A stretch of 25,269 bases of DNA, from positions 1 through 25,269 of the IMG/VR virus record IMGVR_UViG_3300032318_002212. One strand, 5' to 3'. The notes below the pieces were generated by a model. It ran no database searches and was not told where the DNA came from. It worked only from the letters and a program-made list of their open reading frames with translations. Source of the stretch: a virus. Lineage: Duplodnaviria; Caudoviricetes. Of the stretch, positions 1 through 7,681 are shown in pieces. Every line of letters begins with the position of its first letter. The stretch's first letter is position 1. A program made the translations under genes and the position numbers.

Positions 1-327
1 CTCTTTCCATTTGCTATTCCAATAATCCCTTGCAGCTTTGACATTGCGGAGTTCTGTTTCCGTATCTTTACGAGAACGCTCCCGCTGATCGATGGCTTCG
101 TCGGCGAAGTCTAACGCGACCTGCAGTTCCTTGACCTTGCGCTGCAAGGTGTTGATCTCTTCTCTGTCGAGGCATTTGTCCGAACTGCGAAATACTTGGT
201 CTGGTTTGTCTGCGTAGCCGTAGCTCCCGCAGACAAACCAAATACGCGCTGTGGTTCCGTCCAGTTTTGTTGATACTTGCGGCGAACCGCATTTTGGGCA
301 GGTGTTGGGTTTTTGGATGTAGGACAT
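1..327 (-). CDS. Hypothetical Zn-ribbon/coiled-coil protein, partial (runs off left edge)
   Basis: Not in the ORF track. Manual translation from ATG at 327: MSYIQKPNTCPKCGSPQVSTKLDGTTARIWFVCGSYGYADKPDQVFRSSDKCLDREEINTLQRKVKELQVALDFADE...; CPKC plus two later Cys, then a heptad-like region; open to position 1. Confidence 0.7.
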   Translation of the reverse strand, partial: MSYIQKPNTCPKCGSPQVSTKLDGTTARIWFVCGSYGYADKPDQVFRSSDKCLDREEINTLQRKVKELQVALDFADEAIDQRERSRKDTETELRNVKAARDYWNSKWKE

Positions 328-336
328 AAGGGCAGA

Positions 337-364
337 GTTGGCAGTTTTCAGTTTTCAGTTGGCA
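337..364. repeat. Heptamer tandem array GTTGGCA-GTTTTCA-GTTTTCA-GTTGGCA
   Basis: Read directly; lies at a gene junction. Confidence 0.85.
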
Positions 365-479
365 GGCGCCAGGCTTCGGCTGCGGCGATGGTGGCGAACG
401 GGCCCGCGGGTTTCATGGCGGGCGTGAAGTTGATGCCATCGGTGTCGATGACGAAGTAGGTGTGTTTGCGAGTTTTCAT
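348..479 (-). CDS. Small hypothetical protein (43 aa, MKTRKHTYFVIDTDG...)
   Basis: ATG at 479 overlaps the upstream stop (ATGA coupling); this is the 3' part of track ORF 348..641. Confidence 0.55.
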   Translation of the reverse strand: MKTRKHTYFVIDTDGINFTPAMKPAGPFATIAAAEAWRLPTEN

Positions 480-715
480 GAGAGTGGAGTTGGCAGAGGT
501 TTGGGTTTGTAGCCGTGCGGGTAGCGTTTGGGCCACGGGACGCTGGTGGTGCGCGTGAGATAGTCGTAATGGGTGCATGCCCCGCTTTTGCGGGTGTCGG
601 CGGCGGTGCCCATGAGTTGCCCTAAAAGCATCCATGCGCATTCGCGCCAGTCGGACGCTTCGCGCTGGAGTCGTTTGTATTGCGCCGCGGTGGGCGGCTT
701 GGGTTTTGGTTTCAT
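476..715 (-). CDS. Hypothetical protein (79 aa)
   Basis: ATG directly after a heptamer array; coupled to the downstream ORF. Confidence 0.65.
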   Translation of the reverse strand: MKPKPKPPTAAQYKRLQREASDWRECAWMLLGQLMGTAADTRKSGACTHYDYLTRTTSVPWPKRYPHGYKPKPLPTPLS

Positions 716-716
716 G

Positions 717-747
717 CTGAATACTGAAAACTGAAGACTGAAAACTG
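717..747. repeat. Heptamer tandem array (CTGAAAA-type x4), inverted relative to 337-364
   Basis: CTGAATA CTGAAAA CTGAAGA CTGAAAA CTG. Confidence 0.85.
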
Positions 748-755
748 CCGGAGGC

Positions 756-1517
756 TCAGACGGGCCATTTGATGCCTTGGGCGTAGGGGGCGATGGCGGG
801 GCGGTTGAGGAAGGCGGTGCCGTCGCGGGCGATGCGCTCGCGCTCGGCGGGGTTGGCCGTGCCGCGGGCGCTGAAGCTGGGCTCTTTGGCTCGGGTGGTG
901 AAGGCGGCGTAGGGCCCGGGGACGTAGACGGCGCCGGCGCGGAGGGCGGCGAGCATGTAGCCCCACACGTCGGACAAATAGCCGGTGGTGGCGTAACCTT
1001 CGCGTTGCAGCCAGACCAAGAGGTCGTGGCGGATCAGGCTGGCGACGCCGCATTCGGGGCGGACGCTTTTATGGGCGATGTAGGCGCGGTAACTCTCGGG
1101 CGGGAGGTGCACCATGACGGGGCTGTAGCGGACGGTGCGCAGGAGTTGCGCCTGGCTGTCGACGTGGTCGAAGTCGGCAAAGATGGCGCCGGGGCGTTCG
1201 CCTTGGGCGTGGAGGTAGCCGCGGCGCAGGGCGGCGATGCAGCCAGGATAAAGGTAGTCGTCGGCGCCGATGCCGAGGACATAGTCGGTCTGGAGGTTTT
1301 CGATGACGGGCTCGAGGGCGCGGAGGTGATCGGTGCTTTTCCAGTCATGGCGGTGGACGGTAATGCCGGGATATTCGCGGGCGATCTCGTAGCTGCCGTC
1401 GGTGCTGTGGTCGTCGATGATGACAAACTGGTCGGCGCCTTGGCCGGCGGTGGATTCGATGGCGCGGCGGAGGGTGTCGGCGCGGTTCCAGACGGGCATG
1501 ATGATGGTGATGTTCAT
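756..1517 (-). CDS. Glycosyltransferase family 2 (GT-A fold)
   Basis: Start MNITIIMPVWNRADTLRRAIES, IIDDHSTDGS, ADDY (DxD-like); likely start 1517 with ATGA overlap. Confidence 0.9.
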   Translation of the reverse strand: MNITIIMPVWNRADTLRRAIESTAGQGADQFVIIDDHSTDGSYEIAREYPGITVHRHDWKSTDHLRALEPVIENLQTDYVLGIGADDYLYPGCIAALRRGYLHAQGERPGAIFADFDHVDSQAQLLRTVRYSPVMVHLPPESYRAYIAHKSVRPECGVASLIRHDLLVWLQREGYATTGYLSDVWGYMLAALRAGAVYVPGPYAAFTTRAKEPSFSARGTANPAERERIARDGTAFLNRPAIAPYAQGIKWPV

Positions 1518-2125
1518 GGCAGGGTGTAATCGTGGATGCCGATGTGTTTGAGGCGGACGTCGCGGTGGGCGTGGACGGGGATGTCGGCTTGCCAGGCGAG
1601 ATAGCAAAAGGCCCAGTCTTCGGAGAGGTAACGTCCGTCGCGGAGGCCGGCGGGGAACCAGTGGGTCCAGCCAGGGCCTTCGGTCGGGAGGTCGGCGGTC
1701 TTTCGCGTGAGGGGGCGCATGCATTCCAGGGCACGCCGGGTGACGCGCAAAAAGCCGGTGCCGATGGCGTCGACGGTGACGATGGGGCCGCGGGCGTCGG
1801 GGTCGAGGAGGCGTCCGTGGCAGGGACGGCGGCTGGCGTGGCGCAAGGGATAGAGGCCGCCGATGATGTCCTGGTCGCACTCGCAGATGGTGTCGAAGTC
1901 GGCGGCGGTGAAGGCGATGTCGTCGTCGATCCAGAGGAAGGCGGGCGCGTCAGTCTGGGCCAGGGCGCGGTCGAGGAGTTTGCTGCGGCCGCGGGCGATG
2001 TCGGATTCATGGTCGAGGTGGCACCAGCCGGCAAAATGCGGGCTCTGCATGGCGGCCATGAGGCCGGCGACGTAGCCGCCGCAATAGGTGTCGTTGCGGG
2101 AACAGGTGAGGATCAGGGTTTTCAT
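1514..2125 (-). CDS. Phage GT-A-type glycosyltransferase-like protein
   Basis: ESDIARGRS, FLWIDDDIAF (DxD), IGTGFLRV, YLSEDWAFC, HIG motifs; start at MKTLILT (2125). Confidence 0.8.
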   Translation of the reverse strand: MKTLILTCSRNDTYCGGYVAGLMAAMQSPHFAGWCHLDHESDIARGRSKLLDRALAQTDAPAFLWIDDDIAFTAADFDTICECDQDIIGGLYPLRHASRRPCHGRLLDPDARGPIVTVDAIGTGFLRVTRRALECMRPLTRKTADLPTEGPGWTHWFPAGLRDGRYLSEDWAFCYLAWQADIPVHAHRDVRLKHIGIHDYTLP

Positions 2126-2442
2126 TCGATCTGTTCGATCTGGTCGAAGAGTTGGAGGACGTCGTCGAGGGCGCGGGTCATGCCGCTTTGGACGTTGCAC
2201 ATTTTTTCGTGGAGGTCGGCGCGGCGGGGGTCATTCGCGGTGCGGGCTTGAGCGGCGCTTTGCTGATAGGCGGAGTAGCGTTCGATGGCGCGGGCGCGGA
2301 GCTGGTGGATGCCTTCGCGGGTGAGACTGGCTTGCTTGAGGAGGCGCTCGTTGTGCTCGCGTTCGACTTGCCAGCGGCGCTCCCAGGCTTCGGTGGTGTT
2401 CAATTCGGCGTTCATGCGGGCGATGGTTTCTTCGTGGCTCAT
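2122..2442 (-). CDS. Hypothetical coiled-coil protein
   Basis: Helical, charged 106-aa ORF packed between DnaB and the GT gene. Confidence 0.7.
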   Translation of the reverse strand: MSHEETIARMNAELNTTEAWERRWQVEREHNERLLKQASLTREGIHQLRARAIERYSAYQQSAAQARTANDPRRADLHEKMCNVQSGMTRALDDVLQLFDQIEQIE

Positions 2443-2445
2443 GGG

Positions 2446-3867
2446 TTAATCTCCGTCTTTGTCGTTGAAGTTGTTGGGTTTGTAGTCGGGGTTTTTGCTG
2501 GCTTGGCGCTTTTCGCTTTTGTTCGAGTAAAGTTCTTCCGTGCTGTTTTTGAATTTGGTGATCTCGGCGTCGAAGAGGAGTTCGATGCGGCCGACGGGTC
2601 CGTTGCGCTGCTTGGCCAGGATCAGGACGGCTTTGCCTTTGTCTTCTTCCTTGTGCGTGATCCGCTCCGGACGATGCAGCAAGGCGACAACATCGGCATC
2701 TTGCTCAATGCTGCCGCTCTCGCGGAGGTGGCTGAGTTTTGGCTCGGCGCGTTCTTCTGCGTCGCGGTTGAGCTGCGAGAGGGCGATGACGGGGACGGCG
2801 AGTTCCATCGCGGTCTGCTTGAGGCCGCTGCTGATTTCGTCGATCTCGAGGCGCCGATCCTGGGCGGCTCGCTTCGTGCTGCCTTTCATCAGCTGGAGGT
2901 AGTCGACGATGAGGAGCTTGACGCCGTATTTGGCCACGGCGCGGCGGGCGCGGGCCCGGAAGGCGGCGATGCTGAGGGCGGGTGTCTCGTCGATGTAAAG
3001 CGGGGCCTGGCTGATCTCGTCGTGCTTCGCTCCGAGATTTTGCATGTCGGTCTTGCTCATGAAGCCGTCGCGGATGCGTTGGAGTTTGACTCCGGCTTGG
3101 GTGCAAAGGACGCGTTCCATCAAGTCGGCGGCGCCCATCTCGAGGCTGAAGAGGGCGGTGGGGACTTTGTCGGCCAGGCAGGCGTGCTCGGCGATGTTCG
3201 TAGCGAAGGCGCTTTTGCCCATGGACGGCCGGGCCGCGATGATGATGAGCTGCGAGGGTTTTAATCCGCTGGTCATGCGGTCGAAGTCGTGAAAGCCGGT
3301 GGCGATGCCGATGGGCTTGCCGCGTTTCTTATAGGCTTGCTCGATCCGATCGGCGGCTTCGCTCACGGCAGTGGCGCAGTGCTGGAGGCCGGTTTGTTTC
3401 GTGTCGAGACGGAGGTCGAGGAGGCTTTTCTCGCTGGTGTCGAGGATCTCGTCGCTGGTGCGCTGGAAGTTGCGGGCTTCGAGCATGAGGTCGACGCCGA
3501 TGCGGTGGATCTCACGCCGGCGCCAGTAGTCGCGGAGCTGGTCGGCCCAGTGGCTGACGGTCGCGGCGCTGCATTCGGTGCGGGTGTATTCGGCGGTGAT
3601 GAAGCCGGGACCGCCTTCGATTTTGTCGAGCTCGCCGGTCTGGCGGAAGGTTTCGGTGAAGGTGAGCAGGTCGACGGGCTGACGCCGGGCGCTGAGGGTC
3701 TTGAGGACTTGCCAGGCGGTTGCGTTGGCGGGGGCGAAGAACCAGTCGTCGTGCACGAGCTCAAGGGCGGCGTCGAGGGCGGTGGTGCCGCCGTTGAGGA
3801 CGCTGCTGATCAAGCCGGCTTCGGCGGGCTGGGACCAGAGCGGGATGGAGTTGGGGTCGGGATTCAT
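2446..3867 (-). CDS. dnaB: Replicative DNA helicase DnaB
   Basis: IATGFHDFDRMTSGL, AARPSMGKS (Walker A), FSLEM, IVDYLQLM, ALSQLNR, LRESGSIEQDAD, KQRNGP; start 3867 (ATG) or 3906. Confidence 0.97.
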   Translation of the reverse strand: MNPDPNSIPLWSQPAEAGLISSVLNGGTTALDAALELVHDDWFFAPANATAWQVLKTLSARRQPVDLLTFTETFRQTGELDKIEGGPGFITAEYTRTECSAATVSHWADQLRDYWRRREIHRIGVDLMLEARNFQRTSDEILDTSEKSLLDLRLDTKQTGLQHCATAVSEAADRIEQAYKKRGKPIGIATGFHDFDRMTSGLKPSQLIIIAARPSMGKSAFATNIAEHACLADKVPTALFSLEMGAADLMERVLCTQAGVKLQRIRDGFMSKTDMQNLGAKHDEISQAPLYIDETPALSIAAFRARARRAVAKYGVKLLIVDYLQLMKGSTKRAAQDRRLEIDEISSGLKQTAMELAVPVIALSQLNRDAEERAEPKLSHLRESGSIEQDADVVALLHRPERITHKEEDKGKAVLILAKQRNGPVGRIELLFDAEITKFKNSTEELYSNKSEKRQASKNPDYKPNNFNDKDGD

Positions 3868-3875
3868 GGGTTGGA

Positions 3876-3899
3876 TTGGAGATTTGAAATTTGAGATTT
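3876..3899. repeat. 24-bp heptameric direct repeat, copy 1 (TTGGAGATTTGAAATTTGAGATTT)
   Basis: Identical to 4093-4116. Confidence 0.9.
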
Positions 3900-4087
3900 C
3901 AGACAAGGCGGGCGCGGCGGCGGGATTGGCGCTGGAGGCGGCGGAGGCGGAGGCGCTTGACGCGGGCGCGGCCGCGGAAGTTCGTGGCGCGGGTGCGGCG
4001 GCGGAGGTTGGCGGGTATGGCCAAGGTGACGCCGGGCTGATGGGGCTTGAGACTGAGCTGGCTGGCTTTGAGGTCGCGGGTGTTCAT
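3899..4087 (-). CDS. Small arginine-rich hypothetical protein (62 aa)
   Basis: ATGA-coupled to the upstream gene; C-terminal half very Arg-rich. Confidence 0.5.
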   Translation of the reverse strand: MNTRDLKASQLSLKPHQPGVTLAIPANLRRRTRATNFRGRARVKRLRLRRLQRQSRRRARLV

Positions 4088-4428
4088 GGGATTTGGAGAT
4101 TTGAAATTTGAGATTTGAGAGAGGTCGCGGCTTCGATCTCGCGCTCGAGTTGGCGGATTTTTTCGAGGCGGTCGCGGGCGATGATGAGGAGATGGGCGCG
4201 GTCGGCTTGGGCTTCGTTGCGCTCGCGCTCGAGCACCCGGAGCCGCTGCTGGGCATCGACGCAGTTGGTTGTGGCGATAGCGAAAGCCTTGCGGGCCTCG
4301 TCGCGTTCACGCTCCAGTTTGAAGCACAATTCAGCTAATTGTCCTGTGCTGTCGTCGAAGGGGACGCAATCGTGGTGTTGGTTGCTTAACAGCAAATCTG
4401 TTTCCGGTGTGTCGCTGAGGTCGATCAT
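4084..4428 (-). CDS. Hypothetical coiled-coil phage protein (SDTPETD N-terminus)
   Basis: ATGA overlaps at both ends; repeated LERERDEA/LERERNEA. Confidence 0.75.
   Translation of the reverse strand: MIDLSDTPETDLLLSNQHHDCVPFDDSTGQLAELCFKLERERDEARKAFAIATTNCVDAQQRLRVLERERNEAQADRAHLLIIARDRLEKIRQLEREIEAATSLKSQISNLQIP
4093..4116. repeat. 24-bp heptameric direct repeat, copy 2
   Basis: Identical to 3876-3899. Confidence 0.9.
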
Positions 4429-4658
4429 TTGAGGTCGAATTCGACGGCGGCCAGGGCGGCTTCGCGGGCGTCGAAGGCGAGTTGGTTGCGTGGGGTGCTG
4501 AGGCGCAGGGCGTAGACCAGGAGGCCGATCTGCTCGGCGGCGCGGTCGTAAAGCCGGGCGAGCTCGAGGGCGCTGGGTGCGGGGCTGGTGCCGCGGGGGT
4601 ATTTGTCATAGGGGACAAACTCGACGCGGCCGATGGGTCGGGTGGGCATGGGGTTCAT
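4425..4658 (-). CDS. Hypothetical protein
   Basis: Probable start MNPMPTRP at 4658 (the track extends it to 4739); ATGA overlap with the next gene. Confidence 0.6.
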   Translation of the reverse strand: MNPMPTRPIGRVEFVPYDKYPRGTSPAPSALELARLYDRAAEQIGLLVYALRLSTPRNQLAFDAREAALAAVEFDLK

Positions 4659-4758
4659 GGGTGTAAGGAAGTTGCCCTTGCCTGTTTCATGCGGAGCACA
4701 CTTTGTGGCAACCGGTCGGCGGATCTCCCGCCGCACCATGGGTCAGGGGCAAAAGGGT

Positions 4759-4860
4759 TCATGCGAAGGGGCCTCCTCCGTCGTCGTCGAACATGACCAG
4801 GAGAATCATGGCGATGAGGGCGATGAGCACGGTGTAGGCGGTGAGGGCGAGGCCACTCAT
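4759..4860 (-). CDS. Small single-TM peptide (MSGLALTAYTVLIALIAMILLVMFDDDGGGPFA)
   Basis: ATGA-coupled to the initiator gene; clear hydrophobic segment. Confidence 0.65.
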   Translation of the reverse strand: MSGLALTAYTVLIALIAMILLVMFDDDGGGPFA

Positions 4861-5774
4861 GCGGCCTCGCTTTCTTCGGCGGCGGCGATGACTTCGAGGA
4901 TCTCTCGGCGGAGACTCTCGGGGATGTCGGACCACTGGGCGTAGGGCATGGCTTCGGGCGGGGCGTCGGGATAAAGCGCGACCAGGGCGGCGTGCCAAAT
5001 CTCAGCCGGTGGGCCCCCCGTTTCTTTTTTTTGCGAATTTCCGGAGGCGAGGCCGTGACGCTGACAATGGGCGGCGGCTCGGGTCAATTCGGTCGACCAG
5101 TTGTTCAGCAGGGTGGCGAGGTCTTTGCGGCGGTAGTCGTCGCGGCTGGCGATGACGGCGCAATAATACGACTCGAGCTGCTGCCATTCGTCGTCGGTCG
5201 TGGCGGCGACGGCGGCACGGGCGGTCTTCCAGGCGCGGGCGAGGCTGCGATCGAGCGGGGTGCCGGGGCGCATGCGGAAGATGGCTTTGGCTCGGAGGAG
5301 ATGGGGAGAATCGGGCGTCGGGATTTCTTCGGCCGCGCCGCTTGAATCGTCCCCTTTGGGGACTATAGGGGTATTACTCTTCTCTTCTCTTCTCTGGTCA
5401 CGGATGGGGCGTGACTCGGGCGTGACATCACCGTGACGTTTTCGGGCTTGGCGTTCTGTCGCAAGTGCCCTTGTCTTAGCACTTTGCCCATTATGACGGT
5501 CGAAGCGGGGTAACGTCGGACTGTCGGACTCTCCGGTGATCCACCCGACGCGGCGCATGGCGGCGGCAAAGCCGGGCGTGGTGCTGATGCGGTCGAGCGT
5601 GACATCTGTCACGCCGGTAGCGTGACAGTCGCTGACGTGTTGATCGGCCCAGGCCCAGACTTTCCACAGGCGGCCGACGACGCTGAGTTCATCGAGGCCG
5701 AGCTGGGCGGCGATCTGGAAGACGGCCGGGTCGGTGTCAAGGTTGCAACGCATTTTGATCCAGTCACCGGCCAT
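4857..5774 (-). CDS. Phage replication initiator / replisome organiser
   Basis: MAGDWIKMR N-terminus typical of lambdoid initiators, RxAxxK helix, REEK linker, internal iterons, upstream of dnaB; AAAGGAG RBS before ATG 5774. Confidence 0.85.
   Translation of the reverse strand: MAGDWIKMRCNLDTDPAVFQIAAQLGLDELSVVGRLWKVWAWADQHVSDCHATGVTDVTLDRISTTPGFAAAMRRVGWITGESDSPTLPRFDRHNGQSAKTRALATERQARKRHGDVTPESRPIRDQRREEKSNTPIVPKGDDSSGAAEEIPTPDSPHLLRAKAIFRMRPGTPLDRSLARAWKTARAAVAATTDDEWQQLESYYCAVIASRDDYRRKDLATLLNNWSTELTRAAAHCQRHGLASGNSQKKETGGPPAEIWHAALVALYPDAPPEAMPYAQWSDIPESLRREILEVIAAAEESEAA
5397..5627. promoter_or_regulatory. Putative replication origin iterons (CGTGAC)
   Basis: GCGTGAC 5409 and 5420, CCGTGAC 5431 (11-bp period), GTCACG 5397, palindrome GCGTGACA-TC-TGTCACGC 5597-5614, GCGTGACA 5620; next to an AT/pyrimidine-rich tract at about 5360-5395. 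Confidence 0.65.
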
Positions 5775-5955
5775 GGGGAGCTCCTTTCTTTTTGGATTGA
5801 GGGATGGTGAAGGGGCGACGGAAGGGGTTGCCCCAGACGATGCCGCGGCGTTTGGCCCAGGCGTCGAGGGCGCGATTAAAGCCGACGCAGTCGAGCTGCT
5901 CGTAGCCAATGGTGCCGGGTTCGATTTCTATAGGGAGGCGGTTCATTTTTTTCAT
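5764..5955 (-). CDS. Hypothetical protein (63 aa)
   Basis: ATG start, coupled to neighbouring genes. Confidence 0.6.
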   Translation of the reverse strand: MKKMNRLPIEIEPGTIGYEQLDCVGFNRALDAWAKRRGIVWGNPFRRPFTIPQSKKKGAPHGR

Positions 5956-6098
5956 GGACGGCGGCGCCGCGTCTCAAGGCGCTCGAGGATGGACTTCCAA
6001 CCGAGATAGCCGACGAGCTGGTCGCGGCCGTCGTTCTCGCGGACGATGTCGGGGGCTTTCGGGGCGGTGGGTTTGGGGTCAGTGCTGCTTGTGGCCAT
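5952..6098 (-). CDS. Small hypothetical protein (48 aa, MATSSTDPKP...)
   Basis: Manual translation; fills the gap, ATGA overlap at 5952-5955. Confidence 0.55.
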   Translation of the reverse strand: MATSSTDPKPTAPKAPDIVRENDGRDQLVGYLGWKSILERLETRRRRP

Positions 6099-6276
6099 GG
6101 TAAATTTGCCTTTCGTCTTTGGTCATGGGGCGGAGGGAGTGGTTGCGGTAGAGGTCGTGGGCCAGATCCATGACGTCGCGGTTGCACGGGACGCAGAGGG
6201 CGCCGATGTCGTGGACGAAGGCGGCTTCGCGGGTCTTGCCGAAGTCGGCGCAGAGGATGCAGTCGGGGGCGTTCAT
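6079..6276 (-). CDS. Small zinc-finger protein (65 aa)
   Basis: MNAPDCILC...LCVPC (two CxxC); ATGA-coupled start at 6276. Confidence 0.7.
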   Translation of the reverse strand: MNAPDCILCADFGKTREAAFVHDIGALCVPCNRDVMDLAHDLYRNHSLRPMTKDERQIYHGHKQH

Positions 6277-6752
6277 GGGCGTTTGCCGACGGTGCGGTGG
6301 TGGGCGGCTTCCCAGGCGCCGGTGTCGTTCAGCGTCACGGCAAACTTTTCGCCCGCCCGGTAGAAGGCGCTGTCGCGCACGGAGACATTGATCATCCCGG
6401 CCTTGCCCTCGATCTCGCAGCCGAGCAGGCGGTGGTTGAAGTGATGGCGCCGGGCGGTGGCGTAGATGGCAACGTCGTCGTCGAGCTCTTCGACTGGAAC
6501 TTCCGGCGCGGGCCCTGGCTGCCACTCAGGGGCGTCTTCGGGCGGCTCAGGGACGTCGTCGGGGATGTCCACGACAAGGCGCTCCGCGGGCGCGGCGCGT
6601 CGAAGGCGCAGAGCCTCAGCCATTTTGCGGACGCCTTCGGTGGTCAACACGCGGAGCCCCCCTTCTTTTTTTTGGAAATCGGAGCCTTCTTGGAGGGCTT
6701 CCGTGGTGATGAGGCCGGTGTTGGCCCCCCCTTCTTTTTGGTGCGTTTGCAT
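6273..6752 (-). CDS. Hypothetical protein (acidic linker, beta-rich C-terminus)
   Basis: 159-aa ORF in the operon frame; start uncertain. Confidence 0.65.
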   Translation of the reverse strand: MQTHQKEGGANTGLITTEALQEGSDFQKKEGGLRVLTTEGVRKMAEALRLRRAAPAERLVVDIPDDVPEPPEDAPEWQPGPAPEVPVEELDDDVAIYATARRHHFNHRLLGCEIEGKAGMINVSVRDSAFYRAGEKFAVTLNDTGAWEAAHHRTVGKRP

Positions 6753-7681
6753 AAAGTCGTGGTGGCGGGCGGTCCCCCAAGGCCCGCGCCGCCACCTTCC
6801 ACATCGCCGCCCTTGCCTCGAACGCCGGCGCCCCCTAAAAGATCGCCAGCAACCGATGTAGTTGCGTCTTCTGTAGAATGGGCCCTTTGCCCAAAATTCT
6901 GGTTTTTCAGATCAATCCACCGAGGGGCACCATCGTCGACGCACGCACCCCCCCCTCCCCCCTCACCGGCACCGAGGGGAGGCACGCTCGGCAGGCCAGC
7001 AGTGGTCCTACAAGTGGTCCCCTCTCCCGCTGCCACACTGTCAGCTGGTCCGGAAACATCTGATGTCAGATCAGACGCGACCTCGAGCAAGCCGGCGACC
7101 GACGCCTCGAGGCCGGCCGCCCTTTGTCCCGGCGTTTCCGCGGGAACACCCATTGAAATGACCTCGAACTCTGCATCGACAACAGGCAGCGCATCAAGAT
7201 AGGCCTGCACCTGGTCGGGCTTGATCTCCACCCGCTCCACCCGGCTCGTCGCCTCGCCAGCCAGGAGCGCATACTTGTCCACCATGACCGCGGCCGTGAT
7301 CGCTGCATCCTTGGCACTCTTGAGATCCGGGATGAGCTCGATGACCTTCTCGACCGACAGGCGCCGCGCCGTCCCGAGCAGCTTCATCAACTCCTTTTTA
7401 TCCTGCTCTATAGAAATCCCCTCACGCTCACGCACCGCAACGACCGTGTTTCGACTGACACCGAGCGCCCGAGCTGCAGCCGAAATGCTGAGACCCTCAG
7501 CCGCCATCCGGACGATCGCCGAGTAGATGCCTGGCCGATCGCGGAACAGCCGCTCGCCGGTGAACTCACCAGCTTGAGCCAGCCTTTCACTGGCTTCCTT
7601 TTCCTCCTCAGAAAAAAAAGAAAAGGCGGGGGCGGCGCGTTCAGCCTGGGCGGCCGACTGAATAAGCGACGAGTCAGTCAT
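6644..7681 (-). CDS. HTH protein, probable terminase small subunit, with a long low-complexity tail
   Basis: HTH (GLSISAAARALGVSRNTV), helical oligomerisation region ending LLAGEATSRVE, a pattern seen in phage TerS-like proteins; C-terminal half Gly/Ala-rich. Confidence 0.55.
   Translation of the reverse strand: MTDSSLIQSAAQAERAAPAFSFFSEEEKEASERLAQAGEFTGERLFRDRPGIYSAIVRMAAEGLSISAAARALGVSRNTVVAVREREGISIEQDKKELMKLLGTARRLSVEKVIELIPDLKSAKDAAITAAVMVDKYALLAGEATSRVERVEIKPDQVQAYLDALPVVDAEFEVISMGVPAETPGQRAAGLEASVAGLLEVASDLTSDVSGPADSVAAGEGTTCRTTAGLPSVPPLGAGEGGGGGACVDDGAPRWIDLKNQNFGQRAHSTEDATTSVAGDLLGGAGVRGKGGDVEGGGAGLGGPPATTTLCKRTKKKGGPTPASSPRKPSKKAPISKKKKGGSAC

Noticed and set aside
68-292. Track ORF of 74 aa
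   Set aside because: A different - frame starting at 327 gives a more protein-like product (CxxC, coiled coil)
777-3894. + strand ORFs opposite the GT and dnaB genes
   Set aside because: Antisense shadows of clearly recognisable - strand genes
4672-4752. Hammerhead ribozyme or C4 antisense RNA
   Set aside because: CUGA and GAAA are present but the CUGANGA core is not; the resemblance to C4 is too weak to call
6657-6741. A-AAA-AAG programmed frameshift sites
   Set aside because: The same motif occurs antisense to genes right of 6950, favouring a DNA-level role; slippage is not fully excluded
6900-7000. N15-like telomere resolution palindrome
   Set aside because: No long perfect inverted repeat and no protelomerase in the window
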